A stretch of DNA of 64,000 nucleotides from Candidatus Nanoarchaeia archaeon (GTDB lineage: Archaea > Nanobdellota > Nanobdellia > Woesearchaeales > UBA10216), in NCBI GenBank assembly GCA_028279045.1, contig JANQSZ010000023.1:248-64247 (forward strand), written 5' to 3'. Positions 8,430-15,936 of the stretch are shown in pieces. The notes under the pieces were generated by a model. That model was not told the origin of the DNA. It searched no databases and saw nothing but the letters and a program-made list of their open reading frames with translations. The translations under genes and the position numbers were made by a program. Within the stretch, counting starts at the first letter, position 1. The number at the start of each line of letters is the position of its first letter.

Positions 8430-8441
8430 TAATTTATAAAG
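8430..8441 (+). promoter_or_regulatory. TATA box (AATTTATAAAG) 23-30 nt upstream of the ATG at 8463
   Basis: Same cTTTATAAA-type box at leaderless spacing. Confidence 0.45.
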
Positions 8442-8462
8442 ACAAATTCTTTCCCACCTCCG

Positions 8463-9179
8463 ATGAAACTCGCATATCTACTACTTTTACTCACCCTTGC
8501 TACACTAGCATTTGGGTGTACGACCGACACCGTCAACGAACCAGCTCCTGTTGATCCTGATCCAGAACCTGAAGAAGAAACAGAAGTAGAAGTTGTTGAA
8601 GAGGAAGAAGCTGAAGTCGTTGATGAAGCAGAAACTCAAACTGTTGAACTTCCAATCGACATCACGCAAACAACTTCCTACACGCTCGATACTGCTGCAT
8701 CCACGCTCGGCTATTCCGCAACACGCTTGGCAGCAAATCCACATACAGGAACCGTAGACATTACTGAAGGAAGTTTGCTTGTCGAAAACAGCGTTGCTAC
8801 CGGCTCGTTCACAATTGATATGGATACGATCACTGATAACAGAGACAGTCAAATGTACTTAGCTCATGTCAAAGGAGATGACTTTTTTGCTGTCGATCAA
8901 TTCCCAACCTCAGCGTTAGAAATCACAAGCATTGCTCAGGACGGCGAAGGATTTGTTATCGTTGGCGATTTGACAATTCGAGATCAAACCCATGAAATTT
9001 CATTCCCTGCAACCGCTACGTTTAGCGATGAACGTGTTGAAGCGCACGCAGAGTTCGAGATTGACAGAACACGTTGGGGAATTGTATTTGATTCCGGTTC
9101 AATCTTTACCAATCTAGGAGATCGTGCAATCAAAGACGAGATCGAGTTTACTCTTGACGTTGTTTTTGTTCAAGAGTAA
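8463..9179 (+). CDS. YceI-like domain lipoprotein with acidic linker
   Basis: Signal peptide with Cys (LAFGC), Glu/Pro-rich linker, then YceI-like segments (GSFTIDMDTI..., VKGDDFFAVDQFPTSALEITSI, LTIRDQTHEISF). Confidence 0.65.
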   Translation: MKLAYLLLLLTLATLAFGCTTDTVNEPAPVDPDPEPEEETEVEVVEEEEAEVVDEAETQTVELPIDITQTTSYTLDTAASTLGYSATRLAANPHTGTVDITEGSLLVENSVATGSFTIDMDTITDNRDSQMYLAHVKGDDFFAVDQFPTSALEITSIAQDGEGFVIVGDLTIRDQTHEISFPATATFSDERVEAHAEFEIDRTRWGIVFDSGSIFTNLGDRAIKDEIEFTLDVVFVQE

Positions 9180-9192
9180 TTTATTTTTTTAA
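9180..9192 (+). terminator. oligo-T tract (TTTATTTTTTT) immediately after the stop of the 8463-9179 gene
   Basis: Archaeal terminators are oligo-T runs; this one lies between convergent genes. Confidence 0.35.
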
Positions 9193-10896
9193 TTCTTTGA
9201 CCAGCTGTTTGGTTGCCTTAACAGCTGCCTTTTCCTGTTTAGCTAGCGAAGCTTCTATACCTGTCAGCGATCTCCGACGTGGTTCGCCTTCAAGTCGGGC
9301 CATTTTCTTCTTCAAGTAGCTTGCGTCAAATCCTTCGCTCAGAGATTTGGTTTGGCGTTCAATTTTACGCAAAGCGACTTTAGAAAGCAGTTTGTCAGAC
9401 ACTGTTGCTTTCGAAACAGCAGAGATAGCCGCAGTTGTCTCCTTCTCCAATCGTTTGGCTTGTCGTTGCGTTGCGTATTCATGCAAGTCCAGCAACATGC
9501 GCTTTGATTGAAAGAGCGTAGCACGTTGTGCGTTCAACAATTGCTGTCGAGATGATTCTATTCTTCGATATCCAGTGTTGATTCCTTTCACTGTGTTACC
9601 CATCATCAATCTGGTTGGATCGACAGCAATCAGTTGCACAAACAGTTGTCGTGTATCATGCATGTCTTGTGGCGGTGTAACTTTCTTGATGTATCTCAAG
9701 AATCCCAATACAACAATCAATCGCAGTCCTGCAGAAAGCACAAACATGCTGAAATATATCGAGGATACGCCAGCGGGCGGTGTCCACGCCGGTAAAGTTG
9801 TAACAAGCAATCCGCCGAGTGTTGCTCCAACAAGCATTCCTATGCTCGTTACCACACTAATGTATGCAGTACTGTGTGCTCTCCTGTGTTTTGGAACCGC
9901 GTCAAATAAGTACGTCACGCTTCCTAGATTGAAGCCTGCCCAGATGAATCCGCCAAGCAGTTGAATAAATCCAAGATAGAACACGTTTGTTGATATCAGC
10001 CACAATAAAGGCAAAATAGGAGTGGCAAGTCCGGTGATGAGCACAATAGTCCGCGTTCCGAGTTTGTCTGCATGCCTCGACCAGTATAACGACATCAACG
10101 CATTCGCCAATACAGAGACGGCAATCAACAATGTATACGTCAGGTAACTCAGTCCTAAATCGCGAAGCATGTATACAGCAAAGAAAGGCGCCGATACGTA
10201 GATAGCGAGGTAAAAAAACAGCAAGAACAGCAAGAATTTACCAAACGCCGTTCCCAGAACGCCTTTTATCTCGGCACGTGCACTAACTTGCGGTACGTCT
10301 TCTTGTTTTGGATCATGAATTTGGGTAAAGAAATAGAAACTCGCTAATCGTGCTACAAAGGAAACAGTAAACAGACCAGCAAACATTTCAAAGAGGTATT
10401 CCTCTGGTGCGTACGACAACAAGAATCCTGCTGTGATAATAATGCCAAACGTAATGAACGAGTTCATCCGGGATGTTTTGCCAAAGAATCTATTCCGTTT
10501 CTCCAATGGTAGTAAATCTCCAACCCAGCTGTTCCAGAGCGGTGCCATTAATCCGTCAAATGCAGAAAACGCTATTCCTGTAATTACCACGAGCAGCGGA
10601 TTTCTCAGCCAGAGTGCTATAGCAATAAACACCAGCCACGTCAAGGATTGTAACGCAACCGCGATCAGGATAGTACGCTTTCTTGCTAGTTGTTTATGAA
10701 ATGCCAAAGAACTAGTCAGCTGTACCAGTGCATTCACTAGTTGTGGCAGAGAAGCAAGCAAACTAATGAGCAGAGGAGAAGCTCCTAACGCGATGATGAA
10801 CGGACTGAAGAACCGACCACGGATACCTGACGGTATGGTGTTTGATCGTGATTCATAACGAACATTCTTCAGACTCTTTCGCGTTAAATCATCCAT
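9181..10896 (-). CDS. MFS-type transporter with C-terminal cytoplasmic coiled-coil extension
   Basis: 571 aa with about 12 hydrophobic helices in the first ~430 aa, then a charged Lys/Ala/Glu-rich tail. Confidence 0.65.
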   Translation of the reverse strand: MDDLTRKSLKNVRYESRSNTIPSGIRGRFFSPFIIALGASPLLISLLASLPQLVNALVQLTSSLAFHKQLARKRTILIAVALQSLTWLVFIAIALWLRNPLLVVITGIAFSAFDGLMAPLWNSWVGDLLPLEKRNRFFGKTSRMNSFITFGIIITAGFLLSYAPEEYLFEMFAGLFTVSFVARLASFYFFTQIHDPKQEDVPQVSARAEIKGVLGTAFGKFLLFLLFFYLAIYVSAPFFAVYMLRDLGLSYLTYTLLIAVSVLANALMSLYWSRHADKLGTRTIVLITGLATPILPLLWLISTNVFYLGFIQLLGGFIWAGFNLGSVTYLFDAVPKHRRAHSTAYISVVTSIGMLVGATLGGLLVTTLPAWTPPAGVSSIYFSMFVLSAGLRLIVVLGFLRYIKKVTPPQDMHDTRQLFVQLIAVDPTRLMMGNTVKGINTGYRRIESSRQQLLNAQRATLFQSKRMLLDLHEYATQRQAKRLEKETTAAISAVSKATVSDKLLSKVALRKIERQTKSLSEGFDASYLKKKMARLEGEPRRRSLTGIEASLAKQEKAAVKATKQLVKELKK

Positions 10897-10929
10897 AGGC
10901 AGTTTTACAATTCACTAGCTTAAATAGTT

Positions 10930-11223
10930 TTAGACCGAGTGTATCAACACATCTGCAACAATAAAGATAATTGCCAGTCCGATGATTGGCGGAATTATGA
11001 ATCCGAATGTGAGTAGAATAACACTCCCTGCTCCAAGCGTGCCGAGCCAGCACTTCGGACAGGTAAATCCTTCTGAAGCCAGAAAAGAAAGCTCAAACAA
11101 GAATAAGCAGATTGCAGCAATCCGCCCAACCCACGTTGTTGAGACTAGCCCGATCACCACAGCAATAAACACTGCATAGTACATCATTGCTTTCGTACTA
11201 AATGCAAAAACTTTGAGGTCCAT
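10930..11223 (-). CDS. small integral membrane protein
   Basis: 97 aa, three hydrophobic helices. Confidence 0.4.
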   Translation of the reverse strand: MDLKVFAFSTKAMMYYAVFIAVVIGLVSTTWVGRIAAICLFLFELSFLASEGFTCPKCWLGTLGAGSVILLTFGFIIPPIIGLAIIFIVADVLIHSV

Positions 11224-11260
11224 TGATCAAGAAATAGGCCAGAGAGATTAAAATGTTACG

Positions 11261-11524
11261 CTAGTATTTCAGCAACACTCTACCAAAAACGTCTGACCGC
11301 TGCACTGGTCCAAGCGTAGCGCTGTGTCCTTCATTGTCTCCTTTCACAATGAATCCAGCTGGCGTGATATCAAGAATTCTTTTCAAGTACGTAATGCCGC
11401 GCTGCTTGAACACAATAACGTCATTTTTCTTCAGCATGCATTTCCCCCAGACAATAACTCTATCTCCTTCTTTGAATTTGGGTTCCATGCTATGCCCTGA
11501 AATTTTAAATCGAGAAAAAATCAT
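11261..11524 (-). CDS. sodX: NiSOD maturation endopeptidase (S26 signal-peptidase-like)
   Basis: 87 aa with the catalytic Ser motif GHSMEP and S26-like core GDRVIV...ILKR. Lies directly downstream of sodN with a 4-nt overlap. Confidence 0.65.
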   Translation of the reverse strand: MIFSRFKISGHSMEPKFKEGDRVIVWGKCMLKKNDVIVFKQRGITYLKRILDITPAGFIVKGDNEGHSATLGPVQRSDVFGRVLLKY

Positions 11525-11952
11525 TGTTTGGACTCAACAAATATCTTGCCAAGTTCATCAACCATTTGCTTCAGCTTCTCAGCTGCTTCAACGTTTATTT
11601 CTCTCTTGACGATAGAACATTGCTTTGCTGCCTTATGCACTTTCTCAGTCAAGTCAGGCCACTTTTCAAAATGCTCTGGCTTGAAGTAGTCTGTCCACAG
11701 CACAAGGATTTCATGCTTGCACTTTTGCGCAAACTCCTCTTTGACTGCAGTCATTCTCGCAATGGTGTGTTCTCTTTCAACAGTATCATCGCCAGACAAC
11801 TCCTTCAACTTGGTAGTCATCATATAGGCAGTTTGCGCAGCCCACTTCATGGAGTCTGGCTCGTAGACACCGCAAGGGATGTCACAGTGCGCATATGCCG
11901 TCTCTGGTTCGCTAAATTCAGTCTTTCGTAAAAATGAACTAATCATACTCAT
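11521..11952 (-). CDS. sodN: nickel-containing superoxide dismutase precursor
   Basis: 143 aa. Pro-peptide MSMISSFLRKTEFSEPETAYA is followed by HCDIPCGVYEP, matching the NiSOD nickel hook HCDLPCGVYDP. Remainder forms a four-helix bundle typical of NiSOD. Confidence 0.85.
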   Translation of the reverse strand: MSMISSFLRKTEFSEPETAYAHCDIPCGVYEPDSMKWAAQTAYMMTTKLKELSGDDTVEREHTIARMTAVKEEFAQKCKHEILVLWTDYFKPEHFEKWPDLTEKVHKAAKQCSIVKREINVEAAEKLKQMVDELGKIFVESKQ

Positions 11953-12036
11953 AATGAATCACCCAGCTGATGGGAAAGCGCTGCGCATAAAAAGATTTGC
12001 CCTGATTTATATACTAATCACGTGCCAGAATCAGCA

Positions 12037-12049
12037 ACCTTTAAAAAGC
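12037..12049 (+). promoter_or_regulatory. TATA box (CTTTAAAAAG) 24-33 nt upstream of tRNA-Glu
   Basis: AT-rich box at the correct spacing. Confidence 0.4.
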
Positions 12050-12071
12050 ACACCTATCTCCATTCTCTTGC

Positions 12072-12146
12072 GCCCCGTTGGTGTAGTCCGGCCAATCATC
12101 CGGCCCTTTCGAGGCTGGGACTCGGGTTCGAATCCCGAACGGGGCA
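12072..12146 (+). tRNA. tRNA-Glu (anticodon UUC)
   Basis: Acceptor GCCCCGU/ACGGGGC, anticodon stem CGGCC/GGCUG with loop CUUUCGA, T-arm UCGGG-UUCGAAU-CCCGA, discriminator A. Confidence 0.8.
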
Positions 12147-12181
12147 TATATCTTTTTAATTGAATTCTCATTACTCTTTTC

Positions 12182-13363
12182 ATGGAACCATTTGACAAGT
12201 CCACGGAACTATTGGATGAATTACGGTCTTCAAGTAGAGGCATGGAAATCCCAAATGGTGGCTTTTTTGCTTTGCGTCGTCCTGTAGTACAATTGGGCGG
12301 TACTGGTGCGCCATATCTTGACATGTTCAGTCTTGAGCTGCTTATGCAAGCTGTGACTCACGCAGTGCGTAATGAATTTGATGCTATTCCAAATCTTGTC
12401 ACTGCTGCATCTTTGAGAACGCAAAGGTACGATCCAGATATATTAGAGAAAGTAGTGGGTGATGGAGCCCGTTTTCATCGATGGACTTCTGCAGCTTTAC
12501 CAGATTTTTACTCGAAAGAGGATAAAGCACAATCAGAAGATGTACGATTTACCTCACAGAGTGAAGACTTTATGACTAAGACGCATGCATACGGTGCAAT
12601 TCTATATTCTCGTTGGAGTCCTGAAGGATCCGTTCTTCCAGATCCACGCGCGTCAAGAATTCTCAGCAGTATTGTCGAAATGGGGGCTAGCTTAAACCAT
12701 AATATGGAAAATGATAAATTTCACTGGACAGGCAAAAATTTAGTTTTCGAATATGCAGAAACCAACATACTGATTGGTCTTGCACTAGCTATGGAAGGAG
12801 ATATTGATACTGCCAGATATCGTTTAGATCAAGTAGACAAATTAATGGCTCCAGAGGGTATTATTGTACACAGACTGGAAAATGGTTTGGAATCAAATGA
12901 TTCATACCCTCAGACCAAGGATACTGCTCTGATGGGTCTTGCGCGTCTCACTGTTGGCGACGTAGAACGTGCGGTAGAAATTGCAGATTACATTGAACAC
13001 GTCAATCCTGAAAACGGAATTAGCATAGACCTTTTTACAGATCGTGAACAACGAGAACGAGTCAAAAATATCGGTGTTCCGATTCGAAACGGGTATCAAG
13101 CAACTGCTTGGCATGCTATGTTGTTGCACGGGTTAGGTCGTGACGAAGAAGCACGGGCTCGGTTGTCTTCAGTAAATCCTCTTGTTGAACATATTAATGG
13201 ATCAAGCCCTAGAGCTAGGTCAGCAACGTCGAGCATACTTCTTATGTCAATGGCGTACGCAGATTTGGCTCGCAATACAAGTTTCTTTACCGGCGTAATT
13301 GAAGGAGAATATGCTCAAAAATCTGAAATGCTTCCTCAGGCGCATTTACAAATCACAAATTAA
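12182..13363 (+). CDS. hypothetical protein
   Basis: 393-aa ORF with no confident family assignment. Confidence 0.45.
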   Translation: MEPFDKSTELLDELRSSSRGMEIPNGGFFALRRPVVQLGGTGAPYLDMFSLELLMQAVTHAVRNEFDAIPNLVTAASLRTQRYDPDILEKVVGDGARFHRWTSAALPDFYSKEDKAQSEDVRFTSQSEDFMTKTHAYGAILYSRWSPEGSVLPDPRASRILSSIVEMGASLNHNMENDKFHWTGKNLVFEYAETNILIGLALAMEGDIDTARYRLDQVDKLMAPEGIIVHRLENGLESNDSYPQTKDTALMGLARLTVGDVERAVEIADYIEHVNPENGISIDLFTDREQRERVKNIGVPIRNGYQATAWHAMLLHGLGRDEEARARLSSVNPLVEHINGSSPRARSATSSILLMSMAYADLARNTSFFTGVIEGEYAQKSEMLPQAHLQITN

Positions 13364-13625
13364 AATCATCAATAAATCCGCGAATAGTGTCATATCGCTG
13401 CAGGTACCGATATCCTCTATCAGTAAGCGCAATCACTTTCCGTCCTTTCTTGTCTTGTTCTTCTGTAACGAACTCCTTCGCAAGCAATTCTCCAAAGTAT
13501 TCTGCAAATCGTTGTGATGACAAATTAGAATACCGTAAAAGCGGTGTGGGCTTGATCGCATTATTGTGGTCAGCGATCACTTTGAGCATGTCGTGGATGA
13601 CTTCCAGACGGTCTCGTTTTCTCAT
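13353..13625 (-). CDS. winged-helix transcriptional regulator (small archaeal wHTH protein)
   Basis: 90 aa. Helix-turn-helix-like segment PTPLLRYSNLSSQRFAEYFGELLAKEFV and a basic wing (KKGRKVIALTDRGYRYL). Confidence 0.5.
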   Translation of the reverse strand: MRKRDRLEVIHDMLKVIADHNNAIKPTPLLRYSNLSSQRFAEYFGELLAKEFVTEEQDKKGRKVIALTDRGYRYLQRYDTIRGFIDDFNL

Positions 13626-14305
13626 TTACCCCCACCGGTTTTGTTCAACACACCATACAAAATTATCAAGAACAGCGTCGTTGACACTGCGTACACAATC
13701 AACTTGATATCTGGGAAGAATCGCGGCACCGCGAACCCTATAGTGTTTACAATCCAGAACACGAACAAAAGAATGTAAATGTAGTAGAATTGCGAGAATC
13801 CCTTTTTCTTCTTCGACGTATAGCGTAAATACACGCTCAGCACTGCCGCAGAAAGCAAGATTAATATCTGCGACAGGATAAACAATTCTGTGTAGCGGAA
13901 CACGACGCTAACTGTCGCTATCGCAAGTGCTGTTCCGTGAATAATCCATGTGTCTTGCGTCCTGCTTGTTCGCAATTTCTTCCAAATCAAACTAAACAGC
14001 AAATACAGTACTGCAGCACTGCTCACGTAAATGATTGCAAACGTCACTAAATTGAGATGCGGTCGCAAGTCAACATACCGACCGATTTGATTCACTATTC
14101 CAAAGAATCTGAAGAAGTATGAGAATGCAAAGAACAGAAACGTATAACGGAAATATTGAATACCTCGGTGTCCAGTTAATTGTGAAAGTTCTCGAGTCCG
14201 CCAGAAGATAAGAACACACGCAAGTATCACGACAGCAGCATATTCTGCTTCTATGAGCGGTGTCACCTTCAACAATACAGGATCAAACTGTGGTGGTAGT
14301 TCCAT
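13622..14305 (-). CDS. integral membrane protein (about 6 TM helices), hypothetical
   Basis: 227 aa, hydrophobic throughout. The 4-nt overlap with the wHTH gene suggests co-transcription. Confidence 0.5.
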   Translation of the reverse strand: MELPPQFDPVLLKVTPLIEAEYAAVVILACVLIFWRTRELSQLTGHRGIQYFRYTFLFFAFSYFFRFFGIVNQIGRYVDLRPHLNLVTFAIIYVSSAAVLYLLFSLIWKKLRTSRTQDTWIIHGTALAIATVSVVFRYTELFILSQILILLSAAVLSVYLRYTSKKKKGFSQFYYIYILLFVFWIVNTIGFAVPRFFPDIKLIVYAVSTTLFLIILYGVLNKTGGGK

Positions 14306-14440
14306 AATACATCACAATCGAGTCGAATATATAAACGTTAATAAAAGAAGTGGACCAGAGATGCACATTTCCCCTTCTTCCTGCTTATAAATGACTACCA
14401 CAATACACCTGTTGGACAAAGATGTCCGGAGGCGATTGAT

Positions 14441-14878
14441 ATGAGGAAAACAACAAGTGTGTTTGCAGTGATGCTCGTAGGTTTGTTATCAATTGGATTG
14501 GTATCAGCCTTTCATGGATTTGATAACTCTGAAACAAAGGAGGCAATTAAACAAGCAGTAGAGGACGACGACTACGATACATGGAAAGAACTGATGGCTA
14601 CCGCAGTACTATCAGAAGAGAGGTTTCAGAAAATGAAAGAACGACATGAAAAACATGAAGCAGTGCGAGAAGCAATCGAGGCAGAAGATTATGATGCCTG
14701 GGTTGCAGCGCACGGAGATCACCCTCTTGTAGACAAGGTTTCCGAGGAAGATTTTCCAAGGATAATCGAAATACATGAAGCAAAAGATGCAGGAGATTTC
14801 AAAACAGCTCGTATTTTACGCGGCGAGCTATTTGAGGAACTTGGCATTGAACCTCCCCCAACGCGTCGTGGGCATTAA
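14441..14878 (+). CDS. secreted hypothetical protein with repeated DYD(T/A)W motif
   Basis: 145 aa with an N-terminal signal peptide (MRKTTSVFAVMLVGLLSIGLVSA) and an acidic helical body. Confidence 0.5.
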   Translation: MRKTTSVFAVMLVGLLSIGLVSAFHGFDNSETKEAIKQAVEDDDYDTWKELMATAVLSEERFQKMKERHEKHEAVREAIEAEDYDAWVAAHGDHPLVDKVSEEDFPRIIEIHEAKDAGDFKTARILRGELFEELGIEPPPTRRGH

Positions 14879-14958
14879 TGCCCGCGATTTTTTCTTCACT
14901 AGCAAACCTGGGGAAGTGAAGGGCAACCTTCATATACTTCCCCAGTACCTTTTTTTCT

Positions 14959-15936
14959 ATGGATCTCGACAATATTGCATTGACATTTCCTGGACAGAAT
15001 TCTCATTTTCACGGTATGGGCTCTGATTTGTACATTTACGACGCTGCCCGAGTAGTTATTGACACCGCTACCGAAGTCATGGGCGACGTGCTAGGATTAA
15101 ATTTACGCGAAGTGATGTTTAGTGCAAATGATGAACGGTTAAGTCTCGGTCCTGTCGCACAAACTGCAATACACACAGGGAGCATGGCCACATACGCAGT
15201 GTTGAACGATATGTACGGCGACAAAATAAAAGCAGTTGCAGGGCACTCATTCGGTCAAGTAGCTGCAATGGTTTCTGCTGACGTGCTTTCTCCCCAAGAT
15301 GGATTAGTACTAGTTGAACGCCGGGCAACTTTCGCAGACAATTTGTTTCCTGCCACAGAAGAAGATCCTGTGTATATGATAACCATGCTCGGCACTGAGG
15401 CAAATACTGAATTTAAGGACCAGGTAGAACAAGAGTGTGAATATGTTTCTGCAGAGAAAGGGTATGTCGGGCTCGCAACAATAAATTCTCCCACAATGAT
15501 CGTTATTTCTGGAAATCCAGAGGCAGTGGAAACCGCAGCGAGTAATCTTCGTGCCCGGACAAAGAATCTTGATCGTGATCATCGGATACGATACATTCCA
15601 ACCGATATCAAAGGCCCATTCCACACACCCCTAATGGATGATGTGGAAACAGATTTAGCAGTCGTAATGCAAGACATGCAGTTTCACGAGCCGTCAAAAG
15701 TGGTAATTGTGAACGGCATTCCAATGACAACAGGATTAGATAGAGCATATTTGGAAAATACAACAACGGTTGTTGATTTCCGTGCATCACTTGAACATTT
15801 GTTTGCTAGTCCCAATTACCAACACATCATTCAATCAGCTCCCGGCGATGCACAAGGAAAGATTGCTCGTCGTGGTTATGACATGCGTGGCACAGAATTC
15901 CACCTTGCGGACGAACTTCTTAACTTAGCCCGTTAA
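14959..15936 (+). CDS. acyltransferase, malonyl-CoA:ACP transacylase (FabD)-like
   Basis: 325 aa. N-terminal FPGQNSHFHGMG matches the FabD FPGQGSQ motif, and GHSFGQ is the active-site Ser motif GHSxG. Confidence 0.65.
   Translation: MDLDNIALTFPGQNSHFHGMGSDLYIYDAARVVIDTATEVMGDVLGLNLREVMFSANDERLSLGPVAQTAIHTGSMATYAVLNDMYGDKIKAVAGHSFGQVAAMVSADVLSPQDGLVLVERRATFADNLFPATEEDPVYMITMLGTEANTEFKDQVEQECEYVSAEKGYVGLATINSPTMIVISGNPEAVETAASNLRARTKNLDRDHRIRYIPTDIKGPFHTPLMDDVETDLAVVMQDMQFHEPSKVVIVNGIPMTTGLDRAYLENTTTVVDFRASLEHLFASPNYQHIIQSAPGDAQGKIARRGYDMRGTEFHLADELLNLAR

Noticed and set aside
12031-12324. 97-aa minus-strand ORF
   Set aside because: It overlaps tRNA-Glu and the start of the 12182 gene and has no features.
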